From Sminthopsis crassicaudata (lineage: Eukaryota), in NCBI RefSeq assembly GCF_048593235.1, contig NC_133622.1, positions 5,766,001-5,830,000 on the forward strand: DNA of 64,000 nucleotides, given 5' to 3'. Below the pieces are notes generated by a model. That model was not told the DNA's origin. It saw only the letters and a program-made list of their open reading frames with translations, and did not search any database. The position numbers were made by a program, and so were the translations under genes. This document shows positions 34,370-47,654 of this stretch, piece after piece (positions within the stretch are counted from its first letter, which is position 1; every line of letters begins with the position of its first letter).

Positions 34370-35090
34370 TACTTTGGTGGTCGAGCTCCCTTCATCTCTC
34401 TCTGTCTCTCCCACCCCTCTTTTTTCCACTCCCACCACCAGTCCGGGCCTTATGGATTCTTTCCTGATTAGTGAGTCTTGTAATGGCTCTTCCTGGCTCA
34501 AGTGTCTCTCCTCCTCTCCATTCGCCTCACTGCTGCCAAAGGGATTTTACTGCAGATCTGACGACGAGGATGTCTAAACACAACAAACTCTAGTGGTTCC
34601 CAATTGATTCTATATCAAATGTGAATCCCCCTTTTCAAGCTTTTAAAGCTCTTCACAACTTCCTGTAAACCTATCTTTTCCATCTCATTCGACATTAATC
34701 ATAGCCCTGAAATCTGTGATCCAGACAAAATGCCTGTTCTATTCACACAAAAACATCTTCCATTTTTGTAACTTTGCACCGAGCAACCATCAGACACAGA
34801 AGGCACTTTCTCCTCACCTTCCTCTCACAGAATCACTCACTCCCCGCAAGGTGCAGCTCAAGAGCCACCTTCTACACAACACTTTTCTCGAGATGTGCCC
34901 AATTGCTGGTGCCCTCTCTCTAAAACTATACAAAATTGATTCTCTTCATATTTATCCTGTAAATACTTCTATGGGTGCTTCCTCTATGCCCTGTTAGACC
35001 TTTAAGACCTGGGATTAGTCTTTGTAATTTTATTCCCAAGGTCTAACAGGTCCTGGAATATAGTAATCAATAATCGTTTGTTGATTGATT
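34370..35090 (+). mobile_element. L2 3' fragment
   Basis: It runs from ctgccaaagggattttactgcagatctg to the L2 terminus taatcgtttgttgattgatt. Confidence 0.7.
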
Positions 35091-35124
35091 CTTCTGATCT
35101 ATCATCCTTCATCAAGTAAGTCTA

Positions 35125-35805
35125 TAGGCGCCATTTTCCCAAAAGCACATGCTCACATCGTCTGTTACATTTTGGAAATTCTCATTATATTTCAAACTTT
35201 TTCATTATTATTTGTGTTCCTGTGATCTGTGAAGATTGATCTTTGATGTTATTGTCATAATTAAGAGCACCACAAATTGCACCCATATTAAAATGGCAAA
35301 CTTAATAAAATGTTGTGTTCTGGCTGCTCCACTAACGAGCCAATTCCCATCTCCCTCTGCTCAAGTCTTCTTATTCCCTACAACACAACAAAATTGAATA
35401 TTACCAAAACTTAAGTTGAGAGTAGGGTTGGAGGAGACTGACTCCACTTTTGAAGAAAGTTTCACTGTGGGTAAAATGCTATCAAACATGCTAGAGAGAA
35501 ATCTTTCACTATTGTATCATTTTAAGAAATCGCCAAGCCACCCAACCGTCAGCAGCCACCGCGATCATCAGCAACATCCACCAGCAAAAAGGCTATGATT
35601 TGCGGAAGTTTCAGCAAATGGTTTACGGTTTTTAGCAATTTAATTATGTACATGTTTAAGCATACTATTGCACACTTAAAAGACCGTGTATGGTATAAAC
35701 ATAACTTACATGCACCTAGAAACCCCACAATTCCTGTGACTTTGTGAGATTTGCTTTCCTGTGATTGTCTTAAAGCAAACCCACAATCTCTCTGAAATAT
35801 GGCTG
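35125..35805 (+). mobile_element. Internally deleted Tigger1-like (TcMar-Tigger) DNA transposon
   Basis: Both ends resemble the Tigger1 consensus as I recall it. The left end has tatttcaaactttttcattattat. The right end has actgtgggtaaaatgctatcaaac and ccaccagcaaaaag, with a degenerate TIR ending aatatggctg. Confidence 0.75.
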
Positions 35806-36609
35806 CATTACCTTCCCTCTGAAGCTACCCCACTTCTGAATTGTCTTCCTATTTCTGGTGAAGATACTTCGTTACTTCCTCTCTCCCTACATATCCAAAT
35901 ACTTCATGTTTATATCCATTCTCATTGTCATCATCCCATTGCTTCTTGCCTCAACTATTTTAATAGTTTTGTTCCCTGCAATTCTCTCTTCATGCTAATT
36001 CGCTTATCCACCAAAATGACTAAGGTACAGATTTGCCTGTATCACTCCCTCCCCCTAACTATGAATGCTCCCTATTATTTCTGGGGTCAAATATAAACTT
36101 GTTTTACATTTAAAGCTCTTTTCAGCCTGTCTCCATCCTCCCTTCTCAGTCTTAAAATAATTTCTCCCCTGTATGTATTCTGTGGTCCAGTCACACTGAC
36201 CTTCTCCCCTCCACCATGACATCCTATGCCGGTCGCTTTTTTGATTTACCTTCTGCCACAGGTCTCTCCTGGCTGTTCCACGTGCTTCTGCCTTCCCCGT
36301 ACAGGGAAGTTAGTGTCTGGCCTTGAATGGTTTTTTGTATAAATCTGTATGCGAGCATATTGTACCCTCTCCTCTGGCCCGGGAATATAAGTTCCTGGAG
36401 GGCAGGAACTTCCCTTTGACTTTTAACCCCGCCTCCACCATGGCCCCTTAAATACTTGTTGGTCCCAGCTCATTCTGTGATTTAACTCTCAGCACTTTTC
36501 TAAGACCATCCTTCGCTCGTGTTCCCTCCACTACCTTCTTTTACTAACATCTTCTATACATACCTTTCAAAACGAAGTTGGTCAATTTCTTTTGAATTCA
36601 TATTGATCA

Positions 36610-37014
36610 AATTCTGATGGACGTGGCCATTTTCAACAATGAGATGAACCAAATCAGTTCCAAAAGAGCAGTAATGAACGGAACCAGCCACACCCAGCGA
36701 AAGAACTCTGGGAGATGACATAAGATTTCCCAGTCCCTCTAATTTTGTCCACCTGCATTTTGGATTTCCTTCACAGGCTAAATGTACACTATTTCAAAGT
36801 CCGATTCTTTTTGGACAGCAAAACGACTGTTTGGACATGTATACATATATTGTATTTAACTGATACTTTAACATATGTAACATGTATTGGTCAACCTGCC
36901 ATGGGGGGAGGGGGAAGGGGAAAAATTGGAACAAAAGGTTTGGCAATTGTCAATGTTGTAAAATTACCCATGCATAGATCTGGTAAATAAAAACTATTAA
37001 AATAAAATAAAATA
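36610..37014 (+). mobile_element. Short 5'-truncated L1 with 15-bp TSD AATTCATATTGATCA (36595-36609 / 37015-37029)
   Basis: L1 3' UTR and an (AAAAT)n tail are flanked by exact direct repeats. Confidence 0.9.
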
Positions 37015-37549
37015 AATTCATATTGATCAGTTCTCCATTCTCCCCTCAGCATAATTATTCCTCTTTGTGTGTCCAGGATTTCTTGTCCATCCCTACCAGA
37101 CTGATATATCCTTTGGAAATATGACATTCTACCTAGCCTTCTTGAAATCTACTTTCACAAAATTTAGATTGCATGTCAGATGACGTCTACTTTTCCATCC
37201 CAAATTCTATGCTGTGATCCCTCATCCCCAAGGTTTCCCTCATTTCCACTTTAGTTCTTCCATACTGACAAGAATCGAATCCAGAGCAGCAATTCCTCCT
37301 GTTAGTTCTTCCAAGTTTGAAAAGTGAATGATATAGATAAGAACCTTTCACATATTTTAACAGATGATCTTTGAGAGATGTCATGACTGAAAAACCCATG
37401 ACCCTTCAGCCATGCTAGAGAAAAGCCTCTCCCAAAGTAGACAGGATAGTCTTCAAACAATTGCCCGTTGATGGGCTTTTTAAAATACAATATCCAAATA
37501 GATTTTGTGCCCTGCTTGGATAAAGCAAGGTAGCTGACGTATTACTCAA

Positions 37550-38434
37550 ATAGGAGTGATTTAAATAAATTTATTTGAGGGAGAAAAAGAATATTTGAAC
37601 ATCAGGTACAGTCTGATCCACATTGATCCAGCAATACATCATAACTCATCTTAAGCACATAACTAAGCAAACATTTTATGAAAAAAAAAAACACTTCATA
37701 TTATAGCTGGTTAATGTTGATCAAAATTCATAAAGCAATCTAACCTGACTTTTAGACAATACATAATGACCATGATACAGTAAGAAAAATACAATATCAA
37801 ATACTCACTCTCAGTGAGTGTCCAACTACAATATGAACAATTTAAGACCTTTTTTTAAATGAAAAAATATTATTAGAGCTTTATTTTAAGCATTTTCAAT
37901 TAGATACAGCTTTGTACAATTTTGATCACTCTATATATACCAAAGGAATTCTTTCTAAATTATTTCTAGATAAAATATATTATTCATTTCACTGTTTTTC
38001 TCTGACAACAGCATCTGAATTTCACTGTTACATTTGAGTTTAAACCACAGAATCAGACAGTCTTGTGGCAAAATACCTTGTTTGGACTTGGGTGGTTTTC
38101 AAATATAGACAGTCCAATTTATGGAAACATTGGTTAAAGACATGTAGACATCCTTAAAGAATATAAACATCACTATCTCCAAAGAAGCAGTCTAACTCCA
38201 AAGAACAACCTCTCGATTTGGGGGATCAACATGTGTGGTCCAGAGGCTGACTTCTTGACAATTCAAGAAACTGCTTGCCACTTGGCAACACAAACGATGT
38301 GGTGAGCTGTTTTGTTGTGTTTTTCTTTTTGTGCTATAAAGATGGCCACTGTTAAAAGTTCTTAGCAGTCCTTGAGCCCATCCGTGTAAGAGGTGTGCAG
38401 CCTGCCAAACTGATCATTAGAAAGGAAAATGTGT
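37550..38434 (-). other. RAB28: RAB28 3' UTR (end approximate)
   Basis: Repeat-free AU-rich sequence follows the stop codon. Minus-strand AATAAA hexamers lie at 37880-37885 and 37570-37575. Confidence 0.75.
37570..37575 (-). terminator. RAB28: Distal polyadenylation signal AATAAA of RAB28
   Basis: TTTATT on the + strand, about 860 nt after the stop codon, at the end of the unique sequence. Confidence 0.65.
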
Positions 38435-38527
38435 TCACTGAACTGTACACATCGAGCTTCTAGGAGGGTTAATAGTTTTTGACACAGGCTCCTGATTGTA
38501 GTTTACAATATCTGCCTTCACCACCCT
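38435..38527 (-). CDS. RAB28: RAB28 terminal exon coding part (RAB28S C-terminus)
   Basis: atgacag|AGG GTG GTG AAG ... TGT ACA GTT CAG TGA translates to [30 protein letters not shown], ending in CAAX CTVQ. Confidence 0.96.
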   Translation of the reverse strand, partial: RVVKADIVNYNQEPVSKTINPPRSSMCTVQ

Positions 38528-39559
38528 CTGTCATAGAAAAAAACAAACAAACAAAAAAGTTATTATTGGAATATCAGAAACAAGCACAATTTAGAAACAG
38601 CTCTACTATTTTTATTTTGTGAACTTTGCTGAGTTTGCTTTAACTGAAGTATTCTTACCAATACCAAAAGAACTGATTAAAATAAACTATTATAGTGATC
38701 AACTGCCTATAAAATCATGCTTCAGCAGTACCTTGCATTAGCTCAGAAGCAAACATGTGCAGGAAATTGAAGTGTGTGTGTAATTTTTCTGTAATTCTAT
38801 TGAAACGATCTTACTCGTGAACTAAACATGATTAAATTATCACGAAAATCTAAATTAACCATTGTAAGTATTTGTTTGGGTAGCGTTATTTTGGCTCATC
38901 AAGTTTCAATGGCAGAAAAACCATTGTGTTTCCATGACAATGCCATATGCCATTAATCATTACAATCCTTTTGTTATCGTTGCAGAATCTTTTGCAAATG
39001 AGGAAGTTGTTATTGTATAGCAACATGTTCCTATCAGAGTGTGAAATACAAACACTCAGGGCTTAAATCTCATTTTGGAAAATTTAGAATACTAAGAACT
39101 GCTGTGGCTGAGTTTTCAAAGGGGACCATGACATCAGGGAGGTGATGTCATGACACAATATACAGATCAAGAAGATCGGACACAGTCATGGATACAGTGG
39201 GAGAGACCTCGGTTTAATGTGTCTGTTTTTCTGAGGTAACACCCATAAGTCTAAATAAGAAATGAGGCAGAATGACTTCTTAAGGTCAAAAAAAAATTCT
39301 GGGAAGCAAAGACCCTCAGGATTTCTAGCCAATAAAGAAACAATTGCTATTTACATTCACTCTAAGCCAATCAGAGCCCAAACAATGACCAAATGAGGGT
39401 TGACTTGGGACCAACGGGTGGTCAATCAAAGAGAGTCAGAGTAATTCAAAATTAAGGTAGGGTCCTTAAAAAAGAAATTGAGCCAGTAAACTCCAAGAGA
39501 GGTTTCATCAATCAAAATTTATATTCCTTTAGGCAGAGTACCTGCAGGTGGAACAGAAG

Positions 39560-39770
39560 GATAGATGGAAGAGATGGAAGAAGAAGGAGGGAGGAAGAAA
39601 AGATAAAAGAAAAGGAAGCAAAGAAGCAGGAAGGGAAGGGGGAAGGAAGTGAGAGAAAGCAGGGGAAAAGGGAAGGAGGAATAGAGGGAGGGAAAATGGA
39701 AAGGAAGAAGTGAGGAATGGAAGAAGGAACAAAGGGAGGGAAGAAGGGAAAAGGAAAGGAGGCAGGAGAT
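39560..39770. repeat. GA-rich low-complexity tract
   Basis: Irregular (GGAA/GAAG)n run, giving rise to the spurious 39529-39813 ORF. Confidence 0.85.
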
Positions 39771-41390
39771 ACTCTGCCCTAAGGGATATACATTTTGGTT
39801 GCTGAAACCTCAAAAGATATCTTGGGGTTTACAGGATAAATGTTTTTTAAAGGACTGTGCTTTAAATCCAAATAATAATGGTTTATTATAATCCACTGAT
39901 TATATGAATATACACACACTGAATGCAAATATACCTAACATCTTATTTTCACCCTTTCATTACTTAACGGGATCCATATTCTATTAACTACTTAATAGAG
40001 ACTGCAAGAAGGACACTAGGTAAGAGCTCTATCATATTTCTTGAATATCAGACAAACTTAACTAGATTAAAAAACTCAGTCCAGCCTAGTTTACAATGAA
40101 TCTTCTTATCAGCTTTATTTAATGAACAATGTTAGGCTTCTATGTGACCCAAAAGCAAAGTCACCATTATAAAATGTTAGAGTAGAAATGGACCTTTCAG
40201 AAAGAAAAATATAATAAAAATTGTCAGAGATCCATCTCTAGCTAACATAGACTTGGCTTGATATATTTTAGAAGTATTTACTAAAAAATTGGGCATATGG
40301 TTGACCCCAAAGTTTGTTTCTGTTTTTCTTATCCTAGCAACTAAAAAAATCATCTATTAAAGAGGTAGGAGGGCTGAAACCTGTGCTAAAAGAGGAGCTC
40401 ACCCATATCAAAAATTGGATCCTTTGAAGTGCTGGAATATTTATAAAACTATTGTTCTACTCTACAAAAAGTTCCCATCCTGAGTCTGGGGCATTAATAC
40501 ACTCTTGGGTGCCAATAATTGTGCTTTGAATTGAGAAACAGCATGGTATGGTGAGAAAAGCAGTGAACTAAGGGGTCAGGGTTGTGGAGTCCATTTTCTA
40601 GTTCTGCTACTTCCTAGCTGTATGACTTTAGGAGCCAACTAGTGGAAATTCTATTACCTATCTTAAATACAACACTTAAAGCACCCATTGTCCCTGTATA
40701 AGGCAGGGGGTACACACTAGGGAGAGCTTCGAGAGTTTGTGGAGACACACTGTAAACTGTAAAAGACTTTCGGAATAAGAGGGGAGTTCTCCCTTGGAAG
40801 CCATAAGCAATTTTGAAATAGTCCTAATTAACTTCCCAGTAACACATTACTGTAGGCTATGGCAAAGTCAGTACCACAAAAACACACGCAACTTTAAGGA
40901 AGCAACTTTCAAAAAAAGAATTCGATTAAGAACAGTGTTCCCTTTTAAGTGGTAACTTCAAGCAAAGCATTCTCAATGATTTAATATTTTCTTTTATATC
41001 TACACACAGAAATAAGCATCTGAAAATAAAACAAACCAAAAAAATTTATCACTGGTTTCAGTTAAATTGCTGAGAGCTGAATTACCAAGTAGCTGCTTCA
41101 ATTTTTTGCTTCACTGATCGAAAAAACATTTATAAACTCAGTTTTGAAACATCGTTCATTTGTCTGTAAAATCTTGTTTAAACTGTAACCCTTTCACTAA
41201 GGGCCAATTTTTTAAAAAGTTTTTAAACAAAGCTGATATGCTATCGATCTGCAAAAGTCCCTGTTATAGTGACTTCCTGTTGGTAAAACTATTATAGAAA
41301 CATAAGTCCTAGAAAGCAAAAAGCTATTTGGCTTCAATTACCTCTACTACCCTTTTTCCCCACCCACAATTGCAATAATTTCTCCAATAC

Positions 41391-41485
41391 CTGTACTACT
41401 GTAAAGAACAGGTTTTACTCTGCGTAGAGGTGAGCTGCTGATTCTCTTCTTCCGGATACGCCACTATTTCTGCCCTGACAATATG
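41391..41485 (-). CDS. RAB28: RAB28 alternative 95-nt cassette exon (RAB28L C-terminus); CDS 41396-41485
   Basis: tgacag|CAT ATT GTC ... TGT TCT TTA CAG TAG TACAG|gtattg translates to HIVRAEIVAYPEEENQQLTSTQSKTCSLQ*. The 95-nt length and sequence match the known RAB28L insert, and it ends in a CAAX motif. Confidence 0.93.
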
Positions 41486-42908
41486 CTGTCAAATCCCGTA
41501 CACAATAGACAAACGAGAAGAATGAAGAATTTAAAAAAAAAGGGGGGGGGGAAGGGGATGAAAGAGACAGAGAGAGAAAACAGAAGGGAGAAAAAAGACA
41601 AAGAAAGAAAATTCAATAACTGAAAAAAAAAGAATGAATATTCCAGAAAGAACAAATAAAGAAAATCAACACACATTTGACTAGTAGCCAAGGATATAGG
41701 AAAATATGAACATAAATAAGGAAAGAAAAGGAATAAAGATCCAGGAGCTAATTTTCTTTATCATCCTATTTAGTTAAATATCAAAATGGAGAACTGCATA
41801 CTGAGTCTACAGAACATACAGTCTTGGGGACTGCCTTAGTACACACATCCAGAATACAAACCAATGTGAATGGTCAGACTTTTTTCTATTAGGGATTAAT
41901 AAGAATATTATATGCATTAGATATTTATCATGTGAACTTTTTTACTCAGTCGCCTTTTCAGTCATGAGAAAATGTCTATTTTTCATTACATTCCTTCTCA
42001 TGCCCTCACGACCACTCTCATCACATCGCCCAGAAACTCAGCAAAAAGCAGGTTCATTTAAAAATTTTAAGATGGGTTCCAAATTTATAAAGGCAAATCT
42101 CCATTGGGCTCTGTACAGCTAATAAGACGTTCCATTTCTCTAAAATGTTAATAGCAGTTACTTAAAGCAACACAAATGAAAATGTTTTCCCAATGAAAGC
42201 AAGGGTAGAGAAAAAAGGGTTCTGAGAGAAAGAGCTCTGGTGAGGGTTCAAAAGATCTTTTTGAATCCCTTCGTTTCCTTACCTGTTAAAGGAGGGAATC
42301 ACTCCTGATGAATTCTAACATTTCTTCCAGAACTAAATCTTAAAATCCTAAAATCCAATCCTTGAATTGCCTTGTTTCGAAGTTCAAATGAGATAATACA
42401 CGTGAAAGGCCTTGTAGCTGTGAAGCTCTATCTACATCCCAGTGGCTATTAGAATTTCCATTCCTACAGCTCTTAAGGACAGGGCTAACACATAAAATAT
42501 TAAGAAAGGCGTTCTGGGTACAAGGTGCTGAAGAGGCACGGTATTTTTTTTTAATCTTTATTCTTAAAGAGGGATGTACAGACATATAGAAGTCTGGACA
42601 GAATAAATACTGAAAGAGGCCAGAGCCCAGCTGTATGAGGTCATGAGTGAGAGGTGCTCTGGGGAAGGCAGGCTGACCTTCTGTCTGCCATATTTAGTCA
42701 TGAAGTGTGGTCTAGAGTACTAGGAGATGGGGGTCACTTAGGAGGGATGGGCTGGCAGTGAAGACTGGTACCCAAAAAGGAGGGCACCAGTATGGGCAGG
42801 GATCCTCAAACTTCCTTACAAGAAAGCATGAGCTGCAGCTTGAAGGAGCCATTATGTAACTACAAAAAAGCAATTATTTAACAAATGACTGTGAAAAATA
42901 CAAAATAA

Positions 42909-43060
42909 GGGGCAGGTAGGTGGTGCAGTGGATAGAGCACCAACCCTAAAGTCAGGAGGACTTGAGTTCAAATGTGACACAGACACTTAACACATCCTAG
43001 CTGTGTGACCTTAGGCAAGTCACTTAGCCTCAATTGCCTCAGGAGAAAAAAAAAAAAATA
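42909..43060 (+). mobile_element. WSINE1-type SINE with A tail (RAB28 intron, antisense)
   Basis: GGGGCAGGTAGGTGGTGCAGTGGATAGAGCACC...GGCAAGTCACTTAGCCTCAATTGCCTCAG followed by poly(A). Confidence 0.9.
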
Positions 43061-46000
43061 AAAGCTCTATGTTTGAGCTTTGCAATGCTATTCATCTGAA
43101 GAACTTCCACATTTGAGGCTTAGTCCCAAGACCCAACATCATGGGTATAAGGAGCGCCCAAGAAGAAAACTCCCTTTCTCCAAGCAGAGCAGCACCAAAT
43201 GCCCCCCACTCTCATCGGGGGGTTACAAGGGAAGGAGGGTCAGCAGAAATGGGCCTAGAGGCCGCTCTAACCTCAAGAGCTGGGGAAGTCAGACAGGGTC
43301 CCGTGTCCCAAAGGAGGCAGCTGACCCCAGGGCAAAGCTCCAACCCCTAACTGGATCCCCCAGCTCCACCCCCGCAAATGTTTACATGCTGTTTTCTCAT
43401 ATTTCACCAACATTTGAATATATACTGAATTAATGAGAAAACTTTGATAAAAGACAGGGAGGAGAACATATTAAATAGTAGTTGATGAACTTCCTACCAT
43501 CTTATCCCAGAGAAAAAGACTCATTTCCTTTTAAAAATTCTTGATCTAATGTTATCAGTGACCATGTTACCAACTGCTAGGGGGGAAAAAAGTATGATTA
43601 AGGGATATATAATTACTAATCTCTCAAAATCTAGTTGTTTTTTTCTTAAACTAAATTCTCCATGGAGAATAAAAAGTTTTTGTAGTCAAGTTAGGAATTC
43701 ATTAATCTCCCCCCACATGCTGCCTTACAGCCCATCCTGTAAACAGAGCAGGCTCACTGAGCTGGGTCACAGTCCCTTTCTATCAGCACTGTAACTGAAG
43801 GACTTCCCTTTTCAGCACATTGACACAAGGTGCAAACAGAAGGGGGCAGCACTTCTCCTGCAAGCACTGCACTTTTGCCACAGTGATGTGTGGCGTGTCT
43901 GTGTCAGAAAGACCATCACCAAGACCCTGCTCAATTCCCCATTCAAGAAAGGGCCTTTGTTCACATGTCTTTTGTCCTTTCCCACTAACTATTTGATGTC
44001 AGAAACTTTGTTTTTGGTGCCAAATGCAAAATCACCAATTATTCTCTAATCCTCGGGCTTTCGATACATGACCAACATAATCCAAAGTCCAAATGCGACC
44101 TCCTTACCTCCACCTCCCATATACACAAAAATCTTTGCCTAATTAGCAAGCACACAGCAATGAGGAAGCCAATAGGAAACTTGGAATCTCCCGCTGTGTG
44201 AGCTAGTTCTAGGACATGTTTGGGGGCATCTATTTTTGTGAAAGCAAATTTTCATTTTGAAAGTGAGGTTAAGAGACGTCATCCAGGATAGAGTCTGGAG
44301 CCCCCAGACTCCTCTTAGAAATGCTTCCGTCTATGAGATGTTCTCCTTCTCATGATCAAACCGGATGAAGTTATCTGCGCCCCCAGGCACACAAGGCAGC
44401 CTGGCTGAGGCCCCGGGGCCGGGAGGGTAGCAGGCACATGGAACTGCCACCCTTCGGGCCCTCGCCCTCCAGACCCAGACCCAGGAGGTTCAACTGGGGG
44501 GGTGGGAACTTGTCGGAACTACTTTCGTATCTTGTGTGTCTGTGTGTGAAGAGCGCTACCACCCAGGGGGACACCGAAAGGCTTCCTGGGAGACATGGCC
44601 CATCAAAGGAAGGAGACTCCAGGCTTGAAGAAGGAGCCGCAAGGAGAGGGCACCTTCTGAGCGTGAGCAAACGTTTGTCCAAAAGTCCGGAGGGGGGAAG
44701 AGCAGGGACACTCGGAAGACTCCAGCTACCTTGTCTACATAAGTGGCTTTTCCATTCATTAACAGGCTCTGTTTTGGCAGGGAAGCTCTGAGGGTTCCAT
44801 GACACCTATAAGAAAAATCCTTAATAGATCAAAGGAAAAATGCATCTTCAACTGAAACTCCAAACTTCCCTCAATATCTGAAGTAAATTCAAATTCGTCC
44901 AACTTTCCTTTCTGGGACTCAGCCGCAAAGCTGCTTTGTGAAAGTCCTTGAAAATGCCGAAGTCCAAGGCCTGCTGGCAGACATCCCACCATGCCAAGCT
45001 TCAAGGTCTCTGTCTCCTTGTCCACCTGCCCATTTAACCAATCAAAAACCAAGCATGCTCGCTCTTCTTCCCCGGGGTCTCTTCTAGATCTCTCCATTCT
45101 AAGCCCACCAAGAGAACTCAAAGTCTTCTCCCTTCAAGCCAAGAACCACATCTGGTGTCTCGGACCGCAGGCTCCTCCTCCGGACTCATACTCAAGGACA
45201 CTAATGCCAGAATAATGTCCAAGAAGCGATCAAAAAGCGCCAAAGGGCCTTCCATGTGCTTCTTTCATCAGATGGTTCTTCAGTGCAAAATCTCCTCAGG
45301 GAAAACCTTTCCTGACTCCATCGAATCCACGCTCTGAAAGCATTCTGAGCCTCCACCATTCCTGTCTCACACTTACCTGGATGCATCCTACATCCATCCC
45401 AACTCTTCAGGACAGGAAATGTAATTCTCATGTTTACATTACCCAGAAGCTGGCGTGAGACCTTGCACATAGGAGTACTTATGTTTACTGAAAACTTTTG
45501 CGGACTGCATGAATGAATGACTAGAAAAAGTTCACAGGAAGTGGGAGTAGAAAGCATGTCTTCATTGTACGTGCAAGTGAAGGAAAATAAATTTATTGTT
45601 GTCAATCACACATGCTGTTCACCACATTTAAAAGTCTAAATTTTAGAATATACTCCATTATTAAAATTTTTATATCAATATATACAAGTTAGTAAGCACT
45701 ACTGTGTTATATTTGGAGAGAAGAAAAGGTCAGAGAGACTTATAGGAACATTATATATATATATAAAGTGCAAAAATTAGTGCAAAAACAAAATTCATTT
45801 AAGTCGCATCTGTCAGTTTTGAACAATTTTCTTTAAGAATGCTACTTAAAAAATAAAAAACAAATAAGAATCCTACTTTATTTTACATTCTTCTTTCTTA
45901 AAAGAACAGAACAGAAATACTGCCAGACAGGCTTTGAAACTCTAAGTTGATTTTTTTATATACTTTGAAAAGAAAAATGAACCATAGCTAACAGTCCTGT

Positions 46001-47652
46001 GCTTTCATACACAATCCTCTTTTTTCTATTCTATGTACCTGCAAATACTCTATTCATTTGGTGTTTGTTAACAATATATATTAAAAATAAATAAATAAAT
46101 AAAATAACAATATATATTTTTTAAAGTTTAAATTTCTTCTCTTTTAAAAAGTTTCCCCTCAGTTTCCACATGGCTTAGGCCACATTTTGATGAATAAATA
46201 TTACAAACCAGAGGAAAAAAAATATGTGGAATTTGGTGATGTGAAATTAAGTTCTTGTTAACAGATTATCTTATTAAAATAAAGGTGGTTAAAAAAAATT
46301 CATCCCCCAATCTGATAAACATATAGAACCTTGAATTATTTCCTGAACATTTAATATCAAAAGTCATTGAAAAAGCATAATATAATTATGAAACACTTTT
46401 CACGCAGTAGCACAAAAGAGCCCAGAGTTCCGTGATGAATTCAAGTTAAAACTTTCTGATTTTTAATCATTCAATATATATTAAGTACCTACTATGTGCT
46501 AGGCATTGTGCTAGGCTGCAAAAACACAAATACAAAAAAAAAATATAGCAATCCCTACATATATGGAATTTATATTCCATCAGGAAAATACAAAGATAGA
46601 TAAATAATCAATATGAAGAGAATTAAAAGCAAATAAAAATATGATTTGTAAATATACCCCCACTGAGGAGGAAGGGCTAAGTAGCTGGGGCGGGGGGGGA
46701 GGGATCAGAAGAAGCTTCATGTAGAAGAGAATGCTTGCTCTGTCTGGAACAAAGTTAATTCCTTTATTATGTTTGTTCATTAGAATAAACTACCAGAGAA
46801 TTCACTACAAGGGCTAACCAGTGGGAGTCTAGCAGAACTCTCCTTGGCAATATTAATTACCCCACACTAAAGTCATCCCTGTGAAGCCTCAGGAAGGTTA
46901 GGATGCGATCCTATGTTATTAAATCTGTGTGCCGACAGCAGAACCATGGAAGCTTGGGAAGGGTCACTGTGCAGCAAGAATCATTTCAACTTAGGTCATT
47001 TCACTCATGTCCCACTTGACAATGAACCCATTTGGGGATTTCCTGGCAGAGATTCTGCCATTTCCTTCTCCAGGGTCACAGCTAGTAAGTGTCTAAGGCT
47101 GGATTTGAACTCAGGGAGATGAGTCTTCCTGATTTCAAGTCCTGGGTTCTCACCACTGCACCACCTAGCTGCCATGTTCAAATTAATCAAGGGCTTCTTC
47201 ATGTTACCCCTTCGAGCCTCACCATAGCCCAAGGCAGGGAGGGAAGTTCTCCCAGCACAGTGTAAGGCCTGGCAAGTTCTAGCAGACTATGGGGGACTGG
47301 TGAATCTAAGGAGCCTGGAAGCTTCTCACCAGCCTGGTTAAGATCCACAAGAGCAAATGCTGTTGTCTCTCTCCCTGTTCTGGTAGCCCCCAGCACAGTG
47401 CCCTGCATGTCATCAGCCCTTAGCGAATGCCTGCTGAATTAAAGGTTTACAAATTACATGGACAAAGTTACACAAAAGCGATCTGCTAAGTTCTAGAAGA
47501 GTTATGGTCTGTGGTGGGGGAAAGAGCACACGGACCAACAAAATTAGAGATCCTTTATGTCTTGAAATGAAGATATGAATAGCGCCAGAAAGATGGAAAA
47601 GGACTGAAAAAAAAGAGAAAATATTTTTCTTTCTCTCTCACCCCCCCCCACA

Positions 47653-47654
<2 letters not shown>

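Noticed and set aside
45373-45400. Strong minus-strand donor (CAG|gtaagt) with a nearby acceptor in the RAB28 intron
   Set aside because: It lies inside an L2-like fragment, the acceptor is weak and nothing else supports it.
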